From Trichosphaerium sp. ATCC 40318 (lineage: Eukaryota > Protista > Tubulinea): a stretch of 64,000 nt of DNA. A program made the position numbers and the translations under genes. Location of the stretch: assembly GCA_038496445.1 (NCBI GenBank), contig JALMLS010000215.1, positions 62,001 through 126,000 of the forward strand, written 5' to 3'. The notes beneath the pieces were generated by a model. It was given only the letters and a program-made list of their open reading frames with translations. It was not told the DNA's origin and ran no database searches. Positions 1 to 12,546 of the stretch are shown here, one piece after another. Numbering within the stretch: the stretch's first letter is position 1; every line of letters starts with the position of its first letter.

Positions 1-242
1 TCTAAAATTACGCTCATGATATGCAGTGGGCTAGGTTATTTTTGTTCATCATTTATACATTGAAAGTGTATAAAGAGTAGTAGTGCATCGAACCTGAGTG
101 TGCACACTAAAACGTTAGTCGTGGCTACGCAAAAAACGTCAAGTTCAGCTTATTGCTCTTGATTAGCGATATAAAACTGATTTAAACGCTTTTCATTTGT
201 TGTAGTGCACTTTTTCCAAAAATGTTTTTTTTCTCTTTCTAA

Positions 243-340
243 CTTATGCAACATCCCAAACAGCCAAAAATGATGCATACATACTACACGGGCATGTTGA
301 ATACAATACATCATATTTGGCTGTTTGGATGTTGCATAAG
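243..340. repeat. Near-perfect inverted repeat (~33-bp arms, ~33-nt loop)
   Basis: 243-275 cttatgcaacatcccaaacagccaaaaatgatg is the reverse complement of 309-340, with 1 indel and 1 mismatch. Confidence 0.85.
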
Positions 341-656
341 ATAGTGAACAAATTGTATTCTAAACGGCGTTGTTTGCAACCTCATATCAGGGATAAGTAG
401 TACATTACTGTTTAAGCTGATATGGCCTATTCATTTGACAGAAAAATGTGTTGTTGCTCTTAAATAAGGAATTAAAAGTTCCTTTTTTGCTGAAAAGAGC
501 AAGGTACATATTTCCTATGATAATTGCATATAATGTACTTATTGTGCATCTCTGTTAAGATCTTCCCCTTGAAATACAAACCTTAACCTATCGTATACGG
601 GCAGTTTCAGGCGAGTAGCTGACTGCTGTGTGACTGACTTGTTTTTTACTTTTTCA

Positions 657-1752
657 TCAACTGCTTAGAGAAAAAGTCTCTATATGGTCTGTGCCTACCA
701 AGGCCCGTATACCTTTGTATGTTATGTTGTTGCAAAAAGACAAGTTGATAGTGTGTACTCCTACCAACGCCTTCAAACCTTCATCTGTAACATTTGTTTG
801 TTGCATATCTATTTCATGTACTCCAGCTAATGCTTTGATACCCTCATCTGTTATCCTTTTACAAGCACACAAATAAATAGTGTGTACTCCTGCCAACGCC
901 TTCAAACCTTCATCTGTTATTTCACGGCAAAAACTGATGTTAATAGTGTGTACTCCTGCCAATACCTTCAAACCTTCATCTGTAACATTTGTACCTATCA
1001 AATTTATTTCATGTACTCCGGCTAACACTTTGATACCCTTGTCTGTTATCCTTTTACAATTACAAATAAATAGCATGTACTCCTGCCAACGCCTTCAAAC
1101 CCTCATCTGTAATATTTGTATCTTCCAAATTAATACCATGTACTCCAGCTAATGCTTCGACACCCTTGTCTGTAACATTTGTACATTCCAAATGTATTTC
1201 ATGTACTCCAGCTAACGCCTTCAAACCCTCATCTGTAACTTTTGTATCCTCCAAATTAATATCATGTACGCCATGTAATGCCTTGATGCCCTCATCTGTT
1301 ATTTCACGGCAAAAACTGATATTAATAGTGTGTACTCCTGCCAACGCCTTCAAACCCTCATCTGTAACATTTGTATGTTCCAAATTAATACCACATACTC
1401 CAGCTAATGCTTTGATACCCTCATCTGTTATTAAACGGCAAAAACTGATATTAATAGTGTGTACTCCTGCAATTAAACGCAAGTCACTGTCGGTTGGCTC
1501 AAATCGTCCAAAAGAAATTGGTGTATTTTGCAGTAATGGACTACCAGAAAGCAGCGAAACTTCGTGGTCGCAATTAACAATGATTTCATTGTATCCAACA
1601 TGGTTGTGAACGATATCACGGAGAAAGTGGCAAGTTTGGGCTGAAGGGAGTGTATATGTCCCTTGCTTCAGAATATGAACTATTAATTCAACTGGAAGTG
1701 AAATAAGGTCAAATACGCCTTGATCTCTCTTTTCTGTGTTGGCACTTTTCAT
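657..1752 (-). pseudogene. Intronless F-box/leucine-rich-repeat protein (LRR1) with a frameshift near 1060
   Basis: N-terminal LISLPVELIVHILK...AQTCHFLRDIV is F-box-like, followed by tandem 21/22-aa GVxxIxLxx(T/C)x(x)ITDEGxKALA repeats. The two ORFs overlap at 1060-1076, where TAT TTG T AAT TGT lacks 2 nt relative to the sister repeat TAT TTG TGT GCT TGT. Could also be an assembly indel. Confidence 0.8.
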
Positions 1753-1789
1753 TTGGCTGTAGCTTCGTTGTCAATAAAAATATGCGGCA

Positions 1790-1805
1790 ACTACAGTACT
1801 GTAGT
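1790..1805. promoter_or_regulatory. 16-bp perfect palindrome ACTACAGTACTGTAGT in the conserved 5' flank of LRR1
   Basis: The same palindrome and ~80 bp of flanking sequence occur upstream of LRR2 (27361-27376). Confidence 0.45.
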
Positions 1806-2490
1806 ACGGTAAACAAAGAAATACGTTGACAATGCTAGTGGATGACATTTTTTTGACAATATCACGTGATATTTTTTTTTACTAGAAGTTTTCATGGGAA
1901 GTTTTTTGTTTTTGTACAATTTTATCCTTCAAATAGTTCGCTCACCATACACCATATAACCTTAGTTTTTGCACGGCTGTGCGTAGACAAACTATGAGAG
2001 CGTTGTTTGGAGTTTTTGCACAAGACATGATAGGACTGCAAAAAACGGCGATCGTTTTTCTAGAATACATTTTCCTTAAGCTTGCTACAACAGTGCGGTT
2101 GCAGTGTCAATTTTTGGTTCAACAACTGAATAAGCTTTAAAATTTATGGGAGATTTGTCTATTTTTGGTAACCATGGGTTCGTTTTTGTCATTTTTCTCC
2201 CAAAACATATTCAATCACTTAGCACTTTAGGTGCCGTACACACAGATTATTAATACATCTCCCTTGAATGTCCTATTAGAACACTAGGTATTTGTTGCGA
2301 TTGATTTAGCTAATTCTACAATACCGGAATATTGCTTTTTTTTACCATTTTTCGCGCCGCGCCCACTAGGCTGATAATTTGTGAGCGAAGGTCCTGAGTA
2401 AAGCAAAAGGCCTGACAGAAAGCGAACCAAGCCTTTAATTCCTTGCATTCATTGTCCCAAACATAATTTTCGGACGATTACCACTAGACC

Positions 2491-2712
2491 GGAAGCCCCA
2501 AATATGTAGAATTTTGTAAAAAAAAATCAAAAATTCAGCACTAATTATCCTATATTATGCCATAGGAACTATTTAGAAAGCCCCCCTTTTAGGGAGAGCT
2601 TAGAAAGCAGAGACTAGCGGCGCCTGAGCGGCATAACCCAGTTGTCTCCCTTTGTGGCGAACAATTCAATATCAGTTTGACATTTTTTCGGCTTTTTTTT
2701 GACACTTTAGTA
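2491..2712 (+). mobile_element. ~225-bp dispersed repeat, copy 1 (MITE or transposon-end-like)
   Basis: Reverse-complement match to 63394-63619, including identical 47-nt and 32-nt blocks; subterminal inverted TGTCAAAAAAAAGYCGAAAA-type motifs. Confidence 0.65.
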
Positions 2713-2933
2713 TAGCCCGTATTTGAAGAGATTTTGTCGGGTTTACAGTATTTCCGAAACAACACCTAAATGATGCCGATAAGTAACCTAAAAAAGGTGT
2801 TGTTTTAGTAGGAGACAGCCAATGCAAATGAGCAAATGGCTATTATTTTGTTCGTTTTCTGTCCGGCATTCTATTTTTGGAGCATGTTTTGCAAAAAATG
2901 TAAGAAAACTTTTAGCTTTATAAAAATAAAACG

Positions 2934-4411
2934 ATGATTAAAGCACCTGTCTATTTCCTAGCGATATTAGCTTGTCTAGTACCATTAACAGTATCAATAC
3001 GTACGATCAAACCTCACATTGGAACAGCAGCACAATATTTGGCATGGCCGGTTTCTGGAGAATGTCTATGCTTTATACACTACTACTACGCGCAAAGAGT
3101 GCTACTATAGCAATTAGAGCGTCAATAGTGGAGTTTTAAGCAAAATGGGAATTAAAGCTTTTTTAGCGAGTTTTCTGTGCTTCTTGATCCCACAAGGTTT
3201 TTATATCTTGGCGTGTATAGGCTTAAGTAAGGCAGAAAAAGCTCGCAAAAGAGTTTTTTCTTATTCTATTTTTAGACACTTTTCTCGTGAAACCAGACAT
3301 TAAAACTGTGGACTTTTAGTTGTTGCAAAAAAGACGACACTTTACACAATCCTTGTAGATTTGTAACTTTTTATTTAGGTGAAGGGGATAAAGGAAGGTG
3401 TTCATTGCGTAGTAATGGCTTTGAAGTATTTGGTGCAGGAAACTTTGCAGTGTCTGATAGTTCCACCGAGTTGTCAGCTACTTTTCAAGCAGGGAGCACT
3501 TGGGCAGTTAACATTGACACAACAATTTTAACCCTGAGTCTTGTTGTGCCAAATCCATTTACCCTTAATAGTTTACACACTCTGAATTGTACTTTTGATT
3601 CTCCAGTCGTTACAGGTAACTAGGCGAAGGAAAAAAAATTTACAAATCAAAACAAAGTTGTTGCTATTTCTAGCGTTTTACAATCAATTGTTATCTTTAT
3701 TTTATTGTAGGATTTACATTCCAATCATGTGATTTTCCAACTGACCCAACAGAATCTAGCTTCACTTCAAATTCATTCGAGTTAGTTGGATAGCTACTAA
3801 TTCTTTGAAAACTAACATTATGTTCTAGATTTGAAGTTCCAAACCAAACTATTTCTGCTGGTACGTCATTATGTATTTTCAACTATCCAGGCCCTCCTAC
3901 AACACTCGCGCCAACAACATTGCCTCCTACAACGCTTCCACCTACAACACTTCCTCCTACAACACTTGCGCCAACAACCTTACCTCCTACAACACTGCCT
4001 CCTACAACACTCGCGCCAACAACCTTGCCTCCTACAACACTTCCTCCTACAACACTTCCTCCTACAACGCTGCCTCCTACAACACTTGCACCAACAACCT
4101 TACCTCCTACAACACTTCCTCCTACAACACTCGCGCCAACAACCTTACCTCCTACAACACTGCCTCCTACATCCTTGCCTCCTACAACAACCTCGCCAAC
4201 AGAAGTACCTGCAAATGCTCCAACATTTCCAACAACCATTACAACTCTACAACCAACTGTTGCTCCTCCAACAGAACCAGCAACACAGGTTCCAACTACA
4301 AAATCTCCACTAAGTTCATTTGTACCAGCTCTACAAACATCAACAGCTGTTGCCAAACCTATGGTTTTTCTGGTTTACTTGTTTACTATTGTAACGTTCA
4401 GTCTGTTGTAA
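2934..4411 (+). CDS. Secreted, probably GPI-anchored mucin-like surface protein (multi-exon)
   Basis: Signal peptide MIKAPVYFLAILACLVPLTVS; spliced Cys-containing domain (exons ~3379-3615, 3711-3780, 3829-3860); (PTTLP/PTTLA)n stalk; hydrophobic C-terminus MVFLVYLFTIVTFSLL*. Confidence 0.85.
3896..4190 (+). repeat. 15-nt coding tandem repeat (PTTLP/PTTLA)
   Basis: Repeated cctacaacacttcct and ccaacaaccttacct units. Confidence 0.9.
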
Positions 4412-4615
4412 ACTGAAGTGGACGCTAACTAATAAACGCCAATATACATACACTGTGATTAAGTGTTGTTCGATGTACCAGTTGCCTGTGACTCTTCATT
4501 TGTAGTAGTCTTCTTAGCGAGTATAGGAAGCAATGTGAAGTTGATGCACAGTGTCAACTTTCATGCGCCTCCAATATTTTCAACCTTAATTTTTCACAAC
4601 TGACTTCATACTCGA

Positions 4616-4674
4616 TGTTGGTATGTTGTCTGTTACATCGACCCTCCTAATGCGCAAAGTAAAGCGAGAATTCA
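4616..4674 (+). repeat. ~60-bp dispersed repeat, copy 1
   Basis: Reverse-complement match to 26667-26727 (ggtatgttgtctgtWacatcgaScctccta...caaagtaaagcgagaattca). Confidence 0.75.
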
Positions 4675-6193
4675 GATTGCAATATTTGCCTTGCTATGTT
4701 TATGTTAGTATATGGTGTGGTGGAACAACGATAAAAGCACTTTAAGTGAACAATAAAACAAGACCTTCTTCTTCGAATTTAGGCCACAACCGACGACAAT
4801 TATCTACCAGAAACTGTGAACAAAACAATTCATCTGGAAGGAACTGTAAACCAGTTCTATCACATATGAACACCTTTGAAGAAGCACAATACTTTATTAA
4901 CACATGGCGTAACGCCACAGCTTAAGTTGTCAACATGCACAATAGTAAAATATAATCAAGATATTATTAGCAGGCCTTAATACGATACAAGAATTATCAA
5001 AGAAGTTATGTTTGTGGACGATCATTCCGCAAACTCGAATTTTCTAGCCAAGTTTTTGATTGATGAAAATCCTATCGTTTCTTAGACAGACGTGTGAGAG
5101 GTAGTTAGAGGACATGAAGCAGTTGACAAGGATTTGGCCTAAAATATGGTACAAACCAAATTGCCAGCCAATCCGATAACCCCCCTGTAACACAAGAAAG
5201 GAGATGGGGAGCGAAGCGGCGGTGGTGGGTCTTTGGAATGACGGAGTTTATTCATAGGTACAAGCGAAGGAGATACAAGGTGCAACTTGTAGAAAATCGA
5301 AGAGTTTGTCAGTCAATAAACTTCTCTTTTCACCCGATAAAAACGGGGCATTTTCATCGCGGCAAATACCACAATTTTTTTTTTTTGTATTTCTTCCTGT
5401 ACAAAAACTCCAAGTTTGCCTTACTTACCATGTGTACATATCGAATATGAGCATGTGCGCTTTCATCGCATCTCTGTCTTTGTGCTTTGTTATCGGCCCT
5501 ACCGGAAGTCAATGAAGTTAATAACTGCCAAAGGCTATAAAGGCCTTGACTTTCAAATTCCCAATGTAAGAAGCAATGTGTTTCATGTTAGATCAGTTTT
5601 TTGGCTAAACAGGTTCTTTTATGATTGGCTCTATGTGTATAGAAAGTAGTAGCATTTTAATTCTATGTGAGATGGCAAAGCGATTGGTTTTCGTGACTTC
5701 CCTTTTTCGTACAAAATTGAACGCTTTTACTCAACACTACACCAAATCCACTACACGTTTCAAATAGATTCCGCGACTTGTAAAGTCCCGATAGTTTTGC
5801 TGTTTCTTTGGAATTGACCCGGATTATCGGCAAAAAGATTATCGACATGCTATTCAGTTCGAACGTTGTCACTCATAACCTGAATAATTGCCATGCTTCA
5901 TATTTGAAAAAAGGATGCTACCAGGTGTTACTATGTACTGAATGCTCATAGTGATGAGCAATATCAGCAACAAAATGAGATTATCGACAATCTTTTCGGG
6001 TCAATTCCTTTCCTGTCCTTCTTTTTTGAGTTCGTATCGGCGTATCGCAGGTATTGCTGACAGGAGTGTTGGTAAGATTTGAAAGTCTTACTCCATTTTT
6101 TTTTTGTTGTGGCAAAAAAGATTGCGTGAAGATGTTTGACTTTCGCTTCAAACATTCAAGTTTTTTATTGTCGTGTGAGTAACTTCAACATTG

Positions 6194-8711
6194 ATGTCTC
6201 TTCGCTACACACTGCGAGAGGCGTGGCGTACAAACTACAGACCGCCAAATTGGCTAAAACCAAACTTGTACGATTAAAATAGCGGAACTACGCTTAATAT
6301 AATACGTAGCTAACTATACGAGTAGTTTTGCGCGTTCTCCGGGGTTTTTGCTTGGTGCTGGGTTTGCGACTCTTACAAGTGCCGTGTTAGGGTTTAGAAA
6401 CGTTGCAAAAATCTATGCTGAGGACGGCAGCATATTTGGTGATGATCAAGAGGAAGAAAGCATTGGCGAGTTTGGTGACCTTATCATGGCCATTAAAGAG
6501 CGTATGGATGAAGGAATAACAGCTGTACAAATACCTCCACACTCTTTCACCGTTTATAAGGCTCTACTGGAACAAATCGACAGTACGTTCGCTTAAAAGC
6601 TTTTAAACGCATTCACGTACCCCAATTGAGCTTAACAAATGATTCTCAAACAATCAGAGAGCGTAATAACGACCAGAAACCAAGATTGATTGGAAACTAT
6701 TCTTTTTTTTTTTTTTTACATTTTCGCATGACTTACTGTTCTTTGTGTTCTAAGTGAGGGACTCGGCTTGGCGATACCTATCATCAGCATTACGGAAAAC
6801 AAGCAATAGTGTTATAGTATACACGGAAGGATTACTTTTATTAAGATTCACTCCTTTGTTTGGTGTACCAACAGATAAACTTGCAATTGAGTTTGAAAAA
6901 GCAATACCTGAAAAATCGGTTATTGTTGGATCTAACGTGTTGTACGTACAATTTAGATATTGCTTATATGATACTATAGTATTCTAATATTGTGTATATT
7001 TAAACAGCTTTCCGATAATGGGAGATAATGCCTCATCAGGAGACTATAAGACAGTTGACAAAATTGCAAAACAACACTTCACTTCTGCTTCTAAACCAAC
7101 AATTCCGTTCGCTTTACGTTATTTTGAAAAAGGTGAGGTTACATGTGCGTTTGAAATAATACCAGAGATTAAAGGAGATGGTAGTATTACTACCACAATC
7201 TCCAACACAGTACAATGGCCTGAAACAAGGATACATTCCTATGTACGGTTGAACCTCTTTTTTTTCAAAATTTTTTTTTAAAAGGACATCTGAAAAAAAA
7301 AAGTTTTACTGATGGATGTCATTAAGCTCGTGATATTTTTTATTATTTTGTAGCTATCTGTTTGATTGTATAAAATCGTATTCAATATGGCGTGTTTTAA
7401 ATTTCGATGATAGATCCACTTAATTATAGTAACAAGTACTTTTTGACTTACTTTTTTTTCCCTGAAGGTATACGGAAAATCTCAAGGTTTTTTACACTTT
7501 GGTTTCGATTTAAAAGATATATCAGAAAACAATACCGAAGAATCAAGAAAAAAATTAGCAAAAATCTTAATTTTGTTGGGTGTAGGTACGAAAATCGTTT
7601 CTTTCAAAAAACAGAAAAAAAGAAGAATCAATAGGGCTTTTGTTTGGTGTTTTCTCACGTTTTTTTCTTTCTTTTTTATTTTATTGGGTTGTGGCTGTTT
7701 GTATTTATCTAATGCACATGAATCTACATTGTTGTCATTGTAGTTAATAAACTACAGTAGCGTACAAACAAGGTGTAAAAGAAAGAATTGACAGTTTTTT
7801 TTTTTTGAAGGTAATTTCGCTTATGCTCGAACTACCGATGTCGCAAAGTCTCTTATGTCATTACCTACATTTCGAGAAGATTATAGTGAAAAACCAAATA
7901 TAGAAACACCATACATAAGCGCTTATGTAGATCTGAAAAAGTGCTGGAGAGTGAGGTTTATGCTATGGTGGACCGGATTTAAAAAGTATCAAAGTGAAGG
8001 TAAAAAAAAAAAATTACCAACATTTTTGGTCTCCTCTACTGTTGTCTCTTATAGATGATTAGGTGGTTTGAATTTCTATAAAAATGATGAATCACCAAAC
8101 TTAGTCGTTGGTGTGACATCTGAATGGTTTGCAGATAATCCATATCTTCTTGTTGGAAACGAAGACAGTGTGATGGAGTTGGCTCAAGATATTGCAAGAA
8201 ATGAAGCTGATATTATTGACTGTGACTCAGCTTTACCCTTTATTAAGGTACCTTAAAACAATGAGATAATTAACTAGCTAGTAATACTACTCGTATTTTT
8301 ACAACAAAACAAGACAAACAGACAGACGCACCCAAACATGAAGTTCACTTTCTTTTTTTTTTCTTCTTTTTTTTTTTCATGTTGTTTTAACACCCACTCG
8401 CCTGGAGTTTTTTTGTTTTGCTTACTTTCCTTCCTAAGCTTGATTTACACGATACAAAAGAAATGGCAGATTCAACACTACAATCACTTAGAATGCAAGC
8501 ACTAAAAGAAGAGGAAGGTCAAGCAAGAGCAGGCACCGTAGTTGTGGCTTTAGAAGCATTAGGAGAGTATCTTAAGATCCCTTCTTCTGTAAGAGGTGTA
8601 GAAGAGAGAAAAGCCAATGATGTTTTTGATGTAACAATCGAGTTTAAAGATGTATTAACTCCAGATGGCGAACAAAGTATAAAAGAATTATTTAGTCCAT
8701 TGAAAAAATAA
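6194..8711 (+). CDS. Hypothetical multi-exon protein, possibly mitochondrion-targeted
   Basis: Exons join in frame from MSLRYTLREAWRTNYRPPNWLKPNFFARSPGFLLGAGFATL (Arg-rich presequence-like N-terminus plus hydrophobic stretch) through ORF pieces at 6348, 6754, 7018, 7855, 8068 and 8438 to ...KELFSPLKK*; no family recognised. Confidence 0.65.
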
Positions 8712-8818
8712 AACAAAAAAAAGGAACAAAAATACAAACCACTGCGGTGGCTTTGCAAAGTTTTTTATTTTTTTCTTATAAAGTTTTGGCTCTATGAAGT
8801 AATGTTAAAGACGGTTAG

Positions 8819-9820
8819 TTAAAAAATCTCAACCGCTTTCAAGTGTAAAAAAATAGGAGAAAATTCATGCCTTTTTTGTTGGCTTCGAGAAAGTTGTACA
8901 TCTTCGTTTGTCCTGAGTCTGGCGACTCGAAATCTTAGCGTAGTTACAACAGGTGTAGCGCTGCTTCTTATCTTTGTTTTGATGTTAATCTCTGACACAA
9001 TCATCCCATGATTTTTACAATCTGTTTCTTGTACCTAAAACAGTACTAGCTCGGCAATTTTTTCAACTAAGTAACGCCTTGATAATGAAGGTTGTATGTT
9101 CTTCACCTAAAGTATACACGAAATATTCAATGTCACTGAGGAGATTTTTGGTGGATACAGCTAGTCTTAGTTTGAGGATTAATACTCGTCAGTATGAAAA
9201 GAAGTTTCGGTGCCTTTAACACCAGACTATTTGCCAAGTTACAAGCGAAATACAATACAGAAAATTACACGAAAAAATACAAAAAAAAAGATAATGATAT
9301 TGCCTAATCTCTTGAAGTTTAGAATGAAAGTAGAGAACAGTATTCTTTTTTGAACTTCCTGTTCGCTGAACATGAATACATGTTACTTATTAATCTCGAA
9401 CTGATTAGGCCCTAAAATTGCCACATGTTTATGAGTTTAGAGTTAGAAAAGTTGAGACTTTGACACGTTCGCTTTAAGTTGGTCGGATAATTCACAACAG
9501 TATTGTCCGTTTCACCACTTTAAAGCAAGCGCCATAAGCATCGATACAATAACAACACAAGTATTACAAAGTGACTTCAGGGTTCAATGCAGTTTGTCAA
9601 AACCAATGATAAAAAAAAAAACCAAATGCTTATTAGTGCCTGTTTCTTGGTGGCTCAATCTCGTTGTATAGTCGTATTTCATACCTGAAAGGTATAAGGA
9701 ACTGTTTACTTTAATCATAATGTTGCTGGATGCTCAGACATTTGTTCCAGAGCCTTCGGCGTATATGACGTTGTTGCATTTTTTTGTGTTGACATAGTAG
9801 TTTGACATGTCACCTCCATT
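8819..9820 (-). CDS. Possible hypothetical multi-exon gene (boundaries uncertain)
   Basis: Exon-like segments EEHTTFIIK|VQETDCKNHGMIVSEINIKTKIRSSATPVVTTLRFRVARLR with tttag acceptors; model incomplete. Confidence 0.25.
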
Positions 9821-10133
9821 GTCTCATAATATCGTTTTATTCAGATCCACGTTAGTAATACAGCACATATATATTATCAATATACCCTATAGACATCTTA
9901 GGTATAGAGAGGAACCACTAAAGTCATTGGATGCATCAAAAACTCAACGTTTTTATTTTTTATTCACTCAATCTCATTCATCACGTTTTTTTTTTATTTC
10001 GTTTTATTTTTAGCAAGTGCTCAGTTGATCGTAAAAACGCTGTGGAAACATAGAGTTGACAAAAATATTAATTGTGATCTTTATTGCACTGTTAAAAACT
10101 GAAAGAGAAAAAAAAATTAAAAAAATACTTGTT

Positions 10134-11625
10134 ATGTTAGAAGGCACGTTGTACGGTGTTTAGTGGTATTTATATTGGCTATTTTTAGGTATTATTTCGT
10201 AAAGAGAGTTTGGGAACAGGATATTGGTCGTAACATTTAAACAACGTTCCCTATTGGTTAGGTACTTGCATACGTTTGAGTTTTCCAAACCTAAAAAAAA
10301 CTTCTCCAATGACGCTGAAAAAACGAACTTTTAACGCTATCACGTGCTCTACGAATATACATACGGTTCACGCACAGAAAAATCAATGTACATTGTTTCA
10401 GAAGAAAATATACTGCTTTACTATACCCCATAGTTGTATCTGGGACCAAGAAGAACGCAAAGGTACAAGTTTAGGCAAAAAAACCGATTTGGATTTTAAA
10501 TTTTTTTAATTTCTCCTTACCGTTGGTACAATAAGCCACAAACGTGATTCATTATACCTTGTGACTATTTAGCGATATTATTTGTATGTATATTCACTCT
10601 TTGAATAACCAGATATTAGCGCAAACTCCTTGGTGACGCACAACAGGAATATTCAAGTTACGCCGCATTAAGTTTTTTGTTCGGAATGAAGGGTCGATGA
10701 TTCATGCGTTGTTTTCTTACCTTTCCCAGTTTTTACCGACTCGAAACTGCACATGCACTAAAACCACCGTTCAATATCGCTACACATAGGCACCTAATCC
10801 AGTAATATAACGACTATGCCATCCCCAATGTGTTGCCGCTAGCGAAAGAGAAATCTCGAAAACAAACGGCTTTTTGATACAACTTGGCATTCTTTACCGT
10901 TGTGCGTTTCGAGAAGTAATATGCTCTTCGCTACATTATTCTAATGTGAACTTCTCGGATAATTATTTCGCAATAAAGGAAGATCTCAACCACAGGGAGA
11001 TTGGCTAACGGTGGAGCAATATCAAATCCCTTTTTGACTTGGAAAAAAAAAAAAACACCATTCTCTTTGGCCTCTCTATATCACATGGTTGCCGCAACAA
11101 TTCGGTTTTAAATCGTCTAACTCCGAGAAGTCGGTGTCATAAAAGATCCGTAGATTCGTTATAATCGCATAGCTAGCGATATACAGAGGAGAAGTATCAT
11201 TTAAAGAAAAAAGGGAACACGAAAATACAAAAAAAAACGGTTCGATACATCTTTTGCATATCACGTGATTGACGTAATTTATAGTTAAAAAGTACCGAGA
11301 TACTGCGTTATGAAGACTTGGCAGTATCTGCAGAAATTGCGTCAACGAACAATAAAGAGAATCTACCTGCATACACAAACAAGATACAAGCACTTCAACC
11401 GGAGCACGGTAAAATCGTTTCGAAAAAAAAAAAACAGACAAAAAAAAAAAGGCAACTAAAATTGCCTTGCGGAGAATATTAATAAAAACAGGTTTAGATT
11501 AGTCTGTATATCGTCTAAATAGCGTCAACCCCGCGTAAAAACGTTTCTATTGTCGAAATTTTGGAATAATTTTGGCTTTTGATTATTCAGATAGAACGAG
11601 GACTCACCAGGACATTTCAAAATGA
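10134..11625 (+). CDS. Possible hypothetical multi-exon gene (boundaries uncertain)
   Basis: Exon-like pieces with splice signals, e.g. ~11285-11408 LKSTEILRYEDLAV...QPEH joined to 11591-11625 DRTRTHQDISK*; 5' part not resolved. Confidence 0.25.
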
Positions 11626-12041
11626 TTTTTTTAGACATGATTCCAAAATAGCTTTGCATCTCCGTGTTTTATCTTCGGTCTTATTTCCGACCCTCGGAAA
11701 CCCTATGAACATGACGCTCACGGTAATGGTAATACATGTATGAAATTTTCTGGGGTCTGTATTGGGCTGGCACTGCTAAGTTATTGCAAAAGTACGAACC
11801 GAAAAAGTTTTGTGAATACTCAACCTACCTGAATTGCCCAAGAAGCTCTACAACGACAGTTGATGAAGTAGTCAAGCGATCAATCGGAACGAACTAATTA
11901 TTATACGATCAAACAGAGCGCGATACAGACAATGAATGTGAACTGAGAACCCAAATATGGGACTAAAGTGCTTTTTGTTTAAAAATACATCTTCGGGTTT
12001 TTTATTATAGTTACAATTGGTTTTTGATATTTTACACTCTC

Positions 12042-12546
12042 TTAAGCACAACGTTGTGCCATGAGCTCTGTTGGAGGTGGGAACTCAAGTATTTCGAACT
12101 CTGCTTCGTGTTGTTGGTAGTGTTTGTTGTAATTTGGAACCCTGTGGCCTTGTACTAGCTGATAGCGTGTCCTTGGTTTTAGATTGTTGAGGCATATTTT
12201 TACCGGCACTTTTTTACACTGTTTCAAAGCTGCTATTATTGCTGGTATACTTTCACCCTTTTGGTAAGACTGCGCTAAAGAGGAAGGTTTAGAATAAGGA
12301 AGAAATTTGGTGAGGGTCACGTGGGTGAGTGAACCAAAATGGGTTTATTTTTTTGAAAAGTTTGTTGATTTAGATAGTTTAAAACAAAAGGTATGTACCT
12401 GATAGCTGTGCTTGCAGACGTAAAACTATTTCGGGTCTTTGGCGTGGAGTGTAAGGTTTAAAACCGGAACGTTTGATACCGCAAGTAGATGACAATAGAG
12501 CCTTTATGGCCATTCTGTTCAAGTGGTTACGAGGAGAAGTGTTCAT
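12042..12546 (-). CDS. Small basic orphan protein A (2 exons), paralogue of 24226-24656
   Basis: MNTSPRNHLNRMAIKALLS...RLQAQLS, phase-1 intron, then AQSYQKGES...RYQLVQGHRVPNYNKHYQQHEAEFEILEFPPP...*. Confidence 0.65.

Noticed and set aside
691-1609. Plus-strand ORFs with CTPANAFKPSSV repeats (also 27848-28861 minus)
   Set aside because: Antisense shadows of the LRR repeats
3831-4416. Alternative-frame ORFs (LLQH, YNT and VVGGS repeats; also 60833-61258)
   Set aside because: Shadow frames of the mucin tandem repeats; only the PT frame links a signal peptide to a GPI-type tail
5000-6155. Short ORFs between the mucin gene and the 6194 gene
   Set aside because: No consistent spliced model or recognisable motif
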